Positions 1-9,890 of a DNA stretch of 42,052 nt are shown in pieces. The stretch comes from Promethearchaeota archaeon Loki_b31 (GTDB lineage: Archaea; Asgardarchaeota; Lokiarchaeia; Sigyniarchaeales; SOKP01): positions 1-42,052 of the forward strand of contig NJBI01000031.1 in the NCBI GenBank assembly GCA_005222975.1. Reading direction: 5' to 3'. The position numbers were made by a program, and so were the translations under genes. Every line of letters begins with the position of its first letter. Position 1 is the first letter of the stretch. Under the pieces are notes generated by a model. The model made no database searches, was not told the origin of the DNA, and saw only the letters and a list, made by a program, of their open reading frames with translations.

Positions 1-501
1 GCAGTTAGTAGTAAACCCAACTCCGTTTGAACCAACATTTATGAATGTGGCGCTCGGTGTGACAGCTTCACCGGGCATCACCAGTTCACCGGGTTCATCG
101 ATTGAAGCTACTGCCGCATCATATTCCAGCGGGTCGTGAAGCTGAATGGAATAAATCATTCCGCCGTTGCCGAATTCCCGGGCATGAACTGCCTTACCGC
201 CGGCGGTTACATAATTGCCTGAATCTGAAATACCTTGTTCTCTATTATCTTTGACTTGAAAGCTTCCTTCGAATTCAAATTCCATTAATCCATCATAATC
301 AATACGATTTAAAATAGGTTGGGAACTTTTACCGAACTTAAATTCTTCTAGCTTATCATATTTGCTATAATCTGGTTCTTCTGAATGTTCTCCGAAATCA
401 AAATATTTTAATCCTTCATATTTGTTGAAATCTGGCTTTTCTAAATCATCAAAGATAAATTCTTCTTTTTCACCTTCAGAATCTTTTTCGTCATCAATCA
501 T
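1..501 (-). CDS. Partial acidic repeat-containing hypothetical protein (open to the left edge; not in ORF track)
   Basis: ATG at 501 overlaps the TGA of the upstream ORF (ATGA coupling). 167 stop-free codons to base 1: MIDDEKDSEGEKEEFIFDDLEKPDFNKYEGLKYFDFGEHSEEPDYSKYDKLEEFKFG...YDAAVASIDEPGELVMPGEAVTPSATFINVGSNGVGFTTNC. Confidence 0.65.
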   Translation of the reverse strand, partial: MIDDEKDSEGEKEEFIFDDLEKPDFNKYEGLKYFDFGEHSEEPDYSKYDKLEEFKFGKSSQPILNRIDYDGLMEFEFEGSFQVKDNREQGISDSGNYVTAGGKAVHAREFGNGGMIYSIQLHDPLEYDAAVASIDEPGELVMPGEAVTPSATFINVGSNGVGFTTNC

Positions 502-863
502 TCTATTGTTTCCTCTGGATCATCAGTACAAGCAAGTATATTCCCCCTTCGATAAGGATTTTGATTTCTATGACATTTTGGAATAATTTTCGCTTTCCCT
601 TTTACGTCCAAATAACCTTCTATTTTTTCTTTAACACCTAATATTATCTCCGATTCACCCTGCTTATAACTTTCGGGTAAATATAATTTTTGTGGGTTTT
701 GTAGATTCTTTATAAAATCTTCTGCGTCCATTTCAGCTATATTTTTTAATACCTCCTTAATGTTTCTACCTTTTTTTAATTCTGAGACTGCGAAATCACG
801 ATGTTGTTCCCAGCCACGCTTTTTCAATTCAAGTTCCAAACCTTTAAGGGATACGGTGACCAT
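498..863 (-). CDS. Hypothetical protein (121 aa)
   Basis: ATG start preceded by SD-like GAGGAGTGG; translationally coupled to the next ORF; no recognisable family motif. Confidence 0.7.
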   Translation of the reverse strand: MVTVSLKGLELELKKRGWEQHRDFAVSELKKGRNIKEVLKNIAEMDAEDFIKNLQNPQKLYLPESYKQGESEIILGVKEKIEGYLDVKGKAKIIPKCHRNQNPYRRGNILACTDDPEETIE

Positions 864-1441
864 TTTTTAACCACTCCTCTTCTTTTTAATTCATTACTTT
901 ATTGAACTAATATATTAAATTAATATAAACTCAATTTTTATCTAACTGCAGGATGAAATTGAATTTAAATAAGTTATAGATAACCTTTAAAAGTAAGTGG
1001 TAATTTTCCTAATTACTAAGTTACCTATCTTCTATATTTAACTAGTATTTTTTTGTCTTTATAAACTTTTAATTTTTCCCATGAAAAATTGAATTAAGAT
1101 ACGATTTGATATATAAATGATTACTTTTTTTGTTGAATTTATGACTTTTTTAGATTAAGTAAAATTTTATTTAAAAAATTTAATTACAAATTTTTATAAT
1201 TTGAAAACCACATTATTTTTTGAGTATATGCTTATTTCTCTAATAATTAAGAAATCATATTTTTAGCTTATTTATTTTACAATTAGATAATTTCATGAAG
1301 AAAACTAAAATAATAATATAATTAGGAATTATTTTAACTGAGTCCAATTTTAAATAATGATAAAATTAATCATTCTATTAGATGTTATTATTAATATAAA
1401 GTAAAATGTTCTTCATAATTATTAAATATTTTATATAGATC

Positions 1442-2299
1442 ATGAGCTTAAAACAACTGACTATAACGAAACTAAATAAAATTTTAATAACCGAATTATA
1501 TAAGTCTTACAGGGAAAAACCTGAAGCCTTCATTGATGGTAATACTTTTTTTGAGCATATTAAAAGAAAATTCCAAGATCAATTTTCTATCAATAAAAAT
1601 GATTTTATAGTTAGTTTAAATTCTTTTGAATCAAAATGGATTATAAAACAAGAAAAGACAGTGGCTGGAGGTATTCCATTATATATTAAAGTAAAATCCT
1701 CAATCGTTAATTCTTTCGAAGGATTTCAATCAAGGTTTCGAAATCTTCAAAAACCCAAGACTAATCAAGCCAACTCGAAAATTTATATTCAAGTTAATTT
1801 TAAAGACTATAATCTTACTGAATTTGATAGAGTAAAACATCTAATTAATAAATGTGCATATGATGATGATCTATATAGGCTTTTACCATTTTTATTTCGA
1901 CTTATTTTCGAAAAATTACTCTATCAAATATATCTTACATCTCTTGATAATAATCAAAAATTTCTATACTTCTCACACCGACCCAGAAATTTTTCTCAAC
2001 TAATAACATTACTAATAATACTAAAAGATATAGAATTTTACCAGTATCATGGAGGATCCATTAATCAAGAAATAATAACTATTCTAAAGGAAATCCATAA
2101 AAAGGGAAATTTGACGGTCCATCAAATTATTAGGCAAATTGATAAGGAATATAGAGATAACTAGAGAGATAAAATTGAGCGTGCTTTAGAAAATCTTTTA
2201 GTTCTTTATAGAAACCTTCCAGAGAATAAAATATTGATTGAAGATATTGATAGATTAGAAAAAATCAAAGAAATTTTAGGTATAAAGAGAAAATTTTAG
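1442..2299 (+). pseudogene. wHTH + HEPN/DUF4145-like protein interrupted by an in-frame TAG at 2162-2164
   Basis: The 240-aa ORF is followed in the same frame by 44 more sense codons (RDKIERALENLLVLYRNLP...KRKF*) ending at 2299. LRLIFE-like helix (LFRLIFEKLL) and K-G-N-x3-H motif (HKKGNLTVH) resemble DUF4145/HEPN. Confidence 0.55.
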
Positions 2300-2351
2300 T
2301 TTTAAGTATAATTTAGATAAATTGAAAATCAACTTTTTCTATTATATTAAT

Positions 2352-2765
2352 ATGAAAAAAATACGAGTGTTCTTAGACACTTCAATAATTATATCATATT
2401 TAAGAAATGAAAAAAGCCTAAGAAATTTGTTTTCAAGGAGAGTACTTGAAAGAGTACAATACATAATTAATCCGATTATATCTCAAGAAATCCTTCTAGT
2501 GGCAGAATCAATAAGAGAAAAATCATTATTGGCACAAATTTACAAATACATCAAAATAATTCCCTTAGATGTTGATTTTGATAAACTAATGCGATTTAGA
2601 AATCTAATGGTACATACTAATGATATTTTAATTATAGAGACAGCTACTCGAGAGAGTGATTATTTGTTGACACTTGATAGGACTCTTCTAAAATTAAATC
2701 AATTGAGACCTTTAGAAATAATTTCTCCCAAGCGATTTTTTAAACTTTTGGAGGAAGACCTATGA
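2352..2765 (+). CDS. PIN domain (VapC-like) ribonuclease
   Basis: VFLDTSII, E in ISQEIL, D in TNDILI, LLTLDRTL: the PIN acidic tetrad. ATG at 2352 is preferred over the TTG at 2322. Confidence 0.88.
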   Translation: MKKIRVFLDTSIIISYLRNEKSLRNLFSRRVLERVQYIINPIISQEILLVAESIREKSLLAQIYKYIKIIPLDVDFDKLMRFRNLMVHTNDILIIETATRESDYLLTLDRTLLKLNQLRPLEIISPKRFFKLLEEDL

Positions 2766-3313
2766 AAGTATATTTGGATACAGGAGTTTTTATAGATTAT
2801 TTAATTTCTCGAGGACATACTGGGCATTTCCTAAGGAAAAAAGGGAGAAGAAAGAGATCAATTCAGGATCTTACTAATGATGCCTTAGAATGCTTTAATA
2901 AAATTAAAGATTCACATGAAGGATTTACTTCTAGCTTAACATTATATGAAGCAGAAGAGAGTATGTATCAAGAGTTATGCAAATCTTCGATTGGGATTGA
3001 AAATAGAAGATTCTTTCTTGTAACATCATCTCGTCCTTTAATTATTCAAATTATGGTTATTGTCAATCTTTATAATTTAAAAATTTTAGACCTTACAGAG
3101 GATATAATCATAAAATCTGTGCAGGAAATTAAATTACAGTTAAAAGGCATTAGAGCAGCGGATTCATTACATATTTTAACTGCGATAAATCATAATGCTG
3201 AAGTAATTATATCAACTGATGGAGATTTAATAAAGTTGGATGAAGAATTTAAAAATAAAGATGGTGTAAAAATTAAATGTATGGATACAGATGTAGCTAA
3301 ATCATATTTATAG
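2762..3313 (+). CDS. PIN domain (VapC-like) ribonuclease, second copy
   Basis: VYLDTGVF, SSLTLYE, AADSLHILTA, ISTDGDL; ATGA overlap with the preceding PIN gene. Confidence 0.88.
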   Translation: MKVYLDTGVFIDYLISRGHTGHFLRKKGRRKRSIQDLTNDALECFNKIKDSHEGFTSSLTLYEAEESMYQELCKSSIGIENRRFFLVTSSRPLIIQIMVIVNLYNLKILDLTEDIIIKSVQEIKLQLKGIRAADSLHILTAINHNAEVIISTDGDLIKLDEEFKNKDGVKIKCMDTDVAKSYL

Positions 3314-3400
3314 GAGATTAAATAGAATTTACTGAAAAGAGATGACAAGACTATAATTTATATTCATAAAGAACTACACTTTATGTAAAGAAAGAAAAGA

Positions 3401-4873
3401 TTACATAATATGCAAGAGTTCTCTTTTCTTAAAAAATGCCCTCGGATAAATATGATCTTTATGGAACTTCTTTGTATAATCCAAGTCAGGATATAAAAGT
3501 GATAATACTGAAAAAGTATGTTTTTGACCATATTTATAGGATAATAAACCTTGAATCTCATCATCAGAAAAAATTATTGATTTATTATCTCCTCTGAAAT
3601 AGTCGGCAATTTTCCCTAATGGAAAAGAACTTAAATTTTCTTTAAGGATTTTTCTAATAGGTCTCAAAACATTATCTGGTTGTCCACTAAATGTTCTTTT
3701 AATTAAAGAAAGAGTTAACCACTGTCGGATTAGATTTCTATCATTGATATAATTTATATTGTCTAAAAAATTATTAGGCACATCTTTTTTAAAAATATAA
3801 TAAGCAATCGGGATTAAAGCATTATTCGAAGTTAAATTTTGGAAATTAAATCCAAAATTGGATACTAATTCGACTGTCAATCTTATTGCAGCTTTTATAT
3901 CATCCCATTTATTTTCAATAGCTTCCATATTCTTTTTAGTAAAATTATCAATTTTATAAGCAATATTCGTTAAATCAATAAGGACTAAACAACTCTTTAA
4001 AATAAAATCTTTATTAAAAAGAAATCCATCTCCAATACTATTTATTTCATCAACGAATTCAGTTATCTCCTTCCTAGCATCAAGATTTTTCCATTTTGCC
4101 GTTGAAGTTGAGAGTAATAAATCAGAATTACTCAATTGAGTTCCTCCACTATTTATCCTGATAAAAATATTTAAAATTTTATTTAGATCTTGGGCAACTA
4201 CTAAGTAATATGTAATTAATTTCTCACTCAATATTATCGAAAATAATTTGGTTAAACATTCATCAGCATATTGAGAATCAATTATCTTTTCGTCTCTTAA
4301 GAAAGTACTAATATCAAAGTGATCCCTAAATGTAAGTATCTTGCTAACTTCAAACCAATAAATGTTTGGTGGCTGTTTAATAGCATCTTGAAGTTTTAAA
4401 AATTGAAAGTCATATTCTAAATCAGACTTAACAGGTTTAGACAATAGATTAATATATAATTTTTTTTCTGGAAAAGCTGAATCATCACTCCATTGTTTTC
4501 GGGGAATTTTTTCGGCATAAGATCCTTTAAGTCCAATTAATAATGCAGTGAGTCTTTGTTGTCCATCTAAAACCGCATTTAATTTGCTTTCCCCGGATAT
4601 ATTTGCTTTTGGATTACTTTTTTTCTTTTTTTCATGATAATTTCTAATAAATTCGTAAAAATCAAACTTGTTTATATTTTCCTCACCTACAGTCCAAAAC
4701 AGAAACGAACCTATTGGATAACCCCTCATTAATGAGTCAAATAGTTTTATTATTTGTTCCATACTCCAAACAAATTCTCTTTGTATTGCTGGAAGAAGAA
4801 ATTTTCTTTGATATACTAATTCTACAGTACTTTTAATTGTTAAATGATAATAACCTGATTCTATTATTTCCAT
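3401..4873 (-). CDS. DUF262 (GmrSD-family, ParB/Srx fold) protein, C-terminal HNH (DUF1524-like) domain truncated
   Basis: LPAIQREFVW, GYPIGSFLFW, VLDGQQRLT, IFIRINSGGTQL. The ORF ends 13 residues after DHIYP and lacks the downstream NL..L...N..K half of the HNH motif. Confidence 0.85.
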   Translation of the reverse strand: MEIIESGYYHLTIKSTVELVYQRKFLLPAIQREFVWSMEQIIKLFDSLMRGYPIGSFLFWTVGEENINKFDFYEFIRNYHEKKKKSNPKANISGESKLNAVLDGQQRLTALLIGLKGSYAEKIPRKQWSDDSAFPEKKLYINLLSKPVKSDLEYDFQFLKLQDAIKQPPNIYWFEVSKILTFRDHFDISTFLRDEKIIDSQYADECLTKLFSIILSEKLITYYLVVAQDLNKILNIFIRINSGGTQLSNSDLLLSTSTAKWKNLDARKEITEFVDEINSIGDGFLFNKDFILKSCLVLIDLTNIAYKIDNFTKKNMEAIENKWDDIKAAIRLTVELVSNFGFNFQNLTSNNALIPIAYYIFKKDVPNNFLDNINYINDRNLIRQWLTLSLIKRTFSGQPDNVLRPIRKILKENLSSFPLGKIADYFRGDNKSIIFSDDEIQGLLSYKYGQKHTFSVLSLLYPDLDYTKKFHKDHIYPRAFFKKRELLHIM

Positions 4874-5457
4874 TTCAATAACCTTTTAGATTTTCATTTC
4901 ATACCTTAGATTTTTTATATATTAAAACTAAATTGATGTGATTACTTAAATTTATTTCACTCGTCAAGAAATAATAATTTCGATAAGGAATTAATCTAAG
5001 AAGCCTCCCCTTCTTTGCCCATTCCGTTGGTTCTGAATTAAATAAAGTGATGAATAAATTTTTCAGATTTCGCGAATAATTTTTTCAGTTCTTTTTTTAA
5101 TAGATTTACTCTTTAGAGTTCATTCTGAGCTAATTTTTCTCTCCTTTTTACTCATCCTTGAAATTTTGTCATAATAAATGCTTTTTAGTATCTCCCTATT
5201 GGTTTACTTTCCTTTTATTTTCTAGCTTTTATTAATCTAAAGTCTATTGTTAGTTTATGAAATTTTGGTATAATCAAACAGAAATTTACTACATCTGAAT
5301 AAGAAACACCATATATTTTATACTTGAAGAATAGTAAACGGAATAAACACATTCACCCATTTTTTTCCCATATAATTATCCTTATTTTTTAGGCTGAAAA
5401 TTTAAATAATTCTCTGTACTTTATACTCACAGTATTAAAATAAACACATTACAAGGT

Positions 5458-6552
5458 GTGGATTTGATTCAAGAACTGAAAAAGACTCCATTTTATAATA
5501 TTCACGTGAATTTAGGAGCAAGGTTGGTTAACTTTGCTGGTTTTAGTATGCCAGTGCAGTACGAAAGCATTATAAAGGAACACGAAGCGGTACGCAATAA
5601 GGCTGGTGTGTTTGATGTGTCACATATGGGGGAATTCCTGTTAGAAGGGAAAGATGTAATATTCCTTCTTCAATATGTAATGATTAACGATTTAAAGCTA
5701 CTAGAACCCACAAAAGGACAATATTCATGTATGTGTTACGAAAATGGGACTGTTGTTGACGATCTTGTTTATTACGAGGAAGAACCTGAGCGATTTAGAA
5801 TGATCGTTAACGCTAGCAATGTCGAAAAAGATTTCCAATGGCTAAACGAGCATATTGGAAGTAAAGATGTTAAAATTACTAATTTATCCTTAGAGCGATG
5901 TCGTTTAGCGTTTCAAGGTCCAAAATCCGACGAATATCTCCAACCGTTAGTGGATGTTGATTTATCTTCGATAAATAGATTTTATTTTGCTCACACTACG
6001 TTAAACGGGGCTCCAATATTTATAGCTAGAACCGGGTATACAGGTGAGCGAGGATTTGAAATTTCATTTGATAACAAATATGCTGAGAAAATATGGAATG
6101 ATCTAACTAAAACTGGAGCCTCACCAGCAGGTTTAGGAGCGCGAGATTCTTTGAGATTGGAGGCCACTTACTCGTTATATGGTCACGAAATTAGCGATTC
6201 AATTACGCCTATTGAAGCAGGACTTTTTTGGCTCGTCAAACCTAAAGAGGGTATCGATTATATTGGAAAAGAAACTTTATTAAAACAAAAATCCGAAGGA
6301 ACAGCTCGAATTATTGTTGGGTTGAATTTGCTGGATAGAGGTATTATTAGAGAGCATTATAAAATCTTTAAAAAGGGCAATGAAATTGGATTCGTTACTT
6401 CAGGAGGATATTCGCCTACACTTAAGAAAACAATTGGTTTAGGACTTGTTGAGAAACAATATAGCGAAGTAGGAACGGAATTTGAAATTGAAATTCGCAA
6501 TAAATTCTTGAGAGGAAAAATAGTTGCTACACCATTTTATAGAAATGTGTAA
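5458..6552 (+). CDS. gcvT: Glycine cleavage system aminomethyltransferase T
   Basis: FAGFSMPVQY, EHEAVR, FDVSHMG, RTGYTGERGFE, GLGARDSLRLEA. Confidence 0.97.
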   Translation: MDLIQELKKTPFYNIHVNLGARLVNFAGFSMPVQYESIIKEHEAVRNKAGVFDVSHMGEFLLEGKDVIFLLQYVMINDLKLLEPTKGQYSCMCYENGTVVDDLVYYEEEPERFRMIVNASNVEKDFQWLNEHIGSKDVKITNLSLERCRLAFQGPKSDEYLQPLVDVDLSSINRFYFAHTTLNGAPIFIARTGYTGERGFEISFDNKYAEKIWNDLTKTGASPAGLGARDSLRLEATYSLYGHEISDSITPIEAGLFWLVKPKEGIDYIGKETLLKQKSEGTARIIVGLNLLDRGIIREHYKIFKKGNEIGFVTSGGYSPTLKKTIGLGLVEKQYSEVGTEFEIEIRNKFLRGKIVATPFYRNV

Positions 6553-6580
6553 TTATATTACAAAGAAAAAGTGAAAAATT

Positions 6581-6976
6581 ATGGAATACGAATTTCCTGA
6601 TGATTTAAAATATATGAAGACACATGAATGGGTGCGAATTGAAGGCGATATGGCTACAATAGGCATTACCGATTATGCTCAACATCAATTAGGTGATATA
6701 GTTTATGTTGAATTACCCGAAATAGGAAGAACGCTAGAAAAAGAAAGTAGTGCTGGTGAAATTGAATCCGTTAAGGCAGTTGGAGAAATTTTGATGCCAT
6801 TATCCGGAGAAATCGTTGAGATTAACGCTATTATAATAGAAAGCCCCGAATCAATTAATTCTTCTCCTTATGGGGCTGGTTGGATGATGAAGATAAAGGT
6901 TTCAAATAGTAGCGAAATTAACGAACTTTTATCTGTTGAAGATTATAAAAAAATAATAGAAGAAGAGAAAAAATAA
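6581..6976 (+). CDS. gcvH: Glycine cleavage system H protein
   Basis: HEWVR, GITDYAQHQLGDIVYVELP, lipoyl-lysine motif ESVKA, PYGAGW. Confidence 0.97.
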   Translation: MEYEFPDDLKYMKTHEWVRIEGDMATIGITDYAQHQLGDIVYVELPEIGRTLEKESSAGEIESVKAVGEILMPLSGEIVEINAIIIESPESINSSPYGAGWMMKIKVSNSSEINELLSVEDYKKIIEEEKK

Positions 6977-7025
6977 ACTTTTTTTCCAATTTTAAATTTT
7001 ATTTTTTAATTTCTTAAAGTATGAG

Positions 7026-8378
7026 TTGGTTAATTTGGATTTTGTACCTCATGACGATAAAACTATTACTGAAATGCTTAAAGTTATTGGCGTTAATAAT
7101 TTAGAAGAATTATTTCAAGATATTCCTAAAGATTTAATTATTAACAGTTTAAATTTACCCTTAGGCTTATCCGAACCAGATGTTCTGAAAAACTTAAAAG
7201 AACTTTCTCAAAAGAATAAAGTTTATTCTAATTCCTTTTTGGGAGCAGGTTATTATTTTCATTACATCCCTTCTTTAGTTGATTTTGTAATAAATCGTAC
7301 AGAGTTCTATACTTCATACACTCCCTATCAAGCAGAAGCTAGTCAAGGTTATTTACAAGCGATCTATGAATATCAAAGTGTAATTTCTCGACTTACCCAG
7401 ATGGATGTTGCCAATGCAAGTATGTACGATGGATCTACTGCGCTTGCGGAAGCGGCTATTATGGCGACTATAATAACAAGGAAAAACCATTTATTATTAT
7501 TGGAAGGCATTCATCCCGAATATTCTGAAGTTGTCAAGACTTATTGTTGGGGACAAGGAATCAATCTTAGAATTATCGCTGAAAATAAATTAATTGACGA
7601 ATTAAACCAAGATATTGCAGCTGTTTTATTTCAGAGTCCAAATTTCTTCGGAGATATTGAAGATGTATCGTTGTTAGCAAAACAAGTGAAAGAAAAAGCT
7701 CCTAATTGCTTATTGATACAATGTATGACCGACCCCACCTGTTTAGGTGTTCTGAAACCACCAGGAGAAACAGATGTAGATATTTTTGTAGCAGAAGGAC
7801 AGTCTTTCGGAATTAGTCCTTCATTTGGTGGCCCGGGTTTAGGGATTTTTGCAGCAAAGCAAAAATATTTGAGAAAAATGCCAGGTAGGTTGGTTGGCAA
7901 AACAAAAGAAATTAACGGCGAACGCGAGGGATTTTTATTAACATTACAAGCCCGTGAACAACATATACGAAGAGAAAAAGCGAGTTCAAATATATGCACA
8001 AACCAAGCATTATGTTCATTATCTGCCTTAATTTATATTATATCTTTAGGAAAAACAGGATTGCGTGAAATCGCAAGCCAAAACTTTCAAAAAGCTAATT
8101 ATGTTAAAAACAAGCTAACAGAAATTCCTGGTTATGAAATTTTAAACAAAAAACCAACTTATAACGAATTTATTGTAAAATGCCCAGATGCTGATGCTCT
8201 TACTCATGAATGCAAGCAATTAAACTTGCTTCCTCCCCTCCGTCTCTCAAAGTATTTTCCAAATTTGAAGAACACAGTTTTAGTGTGTGTAACAGAAATA
8301 AATTCTCGGGAATCAATTGAAAAGTTTATCAATGCTGCTAAAAATGCTCTATATAACAAAAAGGAGGGAAAAAAATAA
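7026..8378 (+). CDS. gcvPA: Glycine dehydrogenase (decarboxylating) subunit 1
   Basis: YTPYQAEASQG, ANASMYDG, LQAREQHIRREKASSNICTNQAL. Confidence 0.97.
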   Translation: MVNLDFVPHDDKTITEMLKVIGVNNLEELFQDIPKDLIINSLNLPLGLSEPDVLKNLKELSQKNKVYSNSFLGAGYYFHYIPSLVDFVINRTEFYTSYTPYQAEASQGYLQAIYEYQSVISRLTQMDVANASMYDGSTALAEAAIMATIITRKNHLLLLEGIHPEYSEVVKTYCWGQGINLRIIAENKLIDELNQDIAAVLFQSPNFFGDIEDVSLLAKQVKEKAPNCLLIQCMTDPTCLGVLKPPGETDVDIFVAEGQSFGISPSFGGPGLGIFAAKQKYLRKMPGRLVGKTKEINGEREGFLLTLQAREQHIRREKASSNICTNQALCSLSALIYIISLGKTGLREIASQNFQKANYVKNKLTEIPGYEILNKKPTYNEFIVKCPDADALTHECKQLNLLPPLRLSKYFPNLKNTVLVCVTEINSRESIEKFINAAKNALYNKKEGKK

Positions 8379-9814
8379 TGGATAGTAATAGTTCTTTGAT
8401 TTTTGAAAAAGGGGTTGACCGCGCCCAAAAGAATTTTATTCCAAAAATGGATGTTAATGGAGAAAAACTTGAAGACATCCTTCCCAAAAATCTCTTAAGA
8501 GATGTACTTCCAATTCCAAATGTTCCCGAGATGGAGATCGTTCGCCATTACATTAAATTAAGCACGATGAACTACGGTGTAGATTCAGGAATTTATCCGT
8601 TAGGCTCTTGTACCATGAAATATAACCCAAAAATTAACGAGATAGTAGTACGATTGACTGAATTTTCGCAAATACATCCACTTCAGGATGAAAGTGAAGG
8701 TTCACTTGAATTACTATACAATATTTCAATAATGCTAGGTGAAATTACCGGTATGGACGGATTTACCTTACAACCTGCAGCTGGAGCGCATGGAGAATTA
8801 GTTGGTTTGTTAATAATAAAAAAATATTTCGAGACTAAAGGGATTATCAAAGATAAAATTATAGTTCCAGATTCGGCTCACGGCACTAATCCTGCGTCGG
8901 CGAAAATGGCGGGATTTTCAATTATTGAATTACAATCAAACGAATACGGTGAAGTTCCACTAGACCACCTTGAATTTGCAATGCAACAAGGTGATGTAGC
9001 AGGAATTATGCTAACAAATCCTAACACATTAGGTGTTTTTGACAGACAAATTAAAGATATAACTAGAATCGTCCATAAGCATGGGGGATTATGTTATTAC
9101 GACGGAGCAAACTTGAATCCTATGTTAGGAATTTGTCGTCCTAGAGATATGGGTTTTGATATAGTTCATTTGAACTTACATAAAACTTTTTCAACCCCTC
9201 ATGGTGGTGGAGGACCTGGTTCTGGGCCTATTGGTGTTATAAATGAACTCATCCCATTTTTACCCAAACCCTGTATAATTTCGACTGATGATGGTATTGT
9301 TTGCGAACAGAATAATAGTAAATCAATAGGCCGAATTAAAGCTTTTTGGGGCAATTTTGGGATAATCTTAAGAGCATATACTTATATCATATCTTTAGGA
9401 GCAGAGGGGTTAAAACGGGTTGGCCAGATAGCCGTTTTAAACGCTAACTACTTAAAATGTTTGCTACAAAAGAAATATGAGCTTCCATATAACCGTAGGT
9501 GTCAACACGAATTTGTTTTATCAGATATAAATTTACCAAACGATATAACAACTGAAGATGTTGCTAAAAGAATTCTTGATTATGGTTATTACGCTCCAAC
9601 TATTTACTTCCCCTTAATTGTGAAAGGAGCAATAATGATTGAACCGACAGAAACAGAATCAAAATATTCCTTAGATAAATTCGTTGAGGTGATGTTAAAG
9701 ATTTACGATGAAGCGTTAAATAAACCAGAACTCTTGAAAACTGCGCCACATAACACTCCAATTGGACGATTAGACGCAGTGAACGCTGCAAGAAAACCAA
9801 TCTTGCATGATTAG
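8378..9814 (+). CDS. gcvPB: Glycine dehydrogenase (decarboxylating) subunit 2
   Basis: YPLGSCTMKYNP, QPAAGAHGE, SAHGTNPASA, PLP-lysine motif HLNLHKTFSTPHGGGGPG, EPTETES; TAATG coupling to gcvPA. Confidence 0.97.
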   Translation: MDSNSSLIFEKGVDRAQKNFIPKMDVNGEKLEDILPKNLLRDVLPIPNVPEMEIVRHYIKLSTMNYGVDSGIYPLGSCTMKYNPKINEIVVRLTEFSQIHPLQDESEGSLELLYNISIMLGEITGMDGFTLQPAAGAHGELVGLLIIKKYFETKGIIKDKIIVPDSAHGTNPASAKMAGFSIIELQSNEYGEVPLDHLEFAMQQGDVAGIMLTNPNTLGVFDRQIKDITRIVHKHGGLCYYDGANLNPMLGICRPRDMGFDIVHLNLHKTFSTPHGGGGPGSGPIGVINELIPFLPKPCIISTDDGIVCEQNNSKSIGRIKAFWGNFGIILRAYTYIISLGAEGLKRVGQIAVLNANYLKCLLQKKYELPYNRRCQHEFVLSDINLPNDITTEDVAKRILDYGYYAPTIYFPLIVKGAIMIEPTETESKYSLDKFVEVMLKIYDEALNKPELLKTAPHNTPIGRLDAVNAARKPILHD

Positions 9815-9890
9815 TTTTATTAATTTTTAGAATCAAACCACAAACGAGTAGAAATTAAAAAAAAATTACAAATAGAATTAAACTATTTTT

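Noticed and set aside
864-1441. Extremely AT-rich 580-bp gap as replication origin or CRISPR leader
   Set aside because: No ORB-like G-string repeats, no cdc6/orc1 gene and no repeat-spacer array; consistent with a divergent promoter region in an island.
3364-3564. 66-aa minus ORF as a frameshifted continuation of the DUF262 gene
   Set aside because: Almost entirely overlaps the real gene in another frame and extends only 37 bp beyond it, too short for the missing nuclease half.
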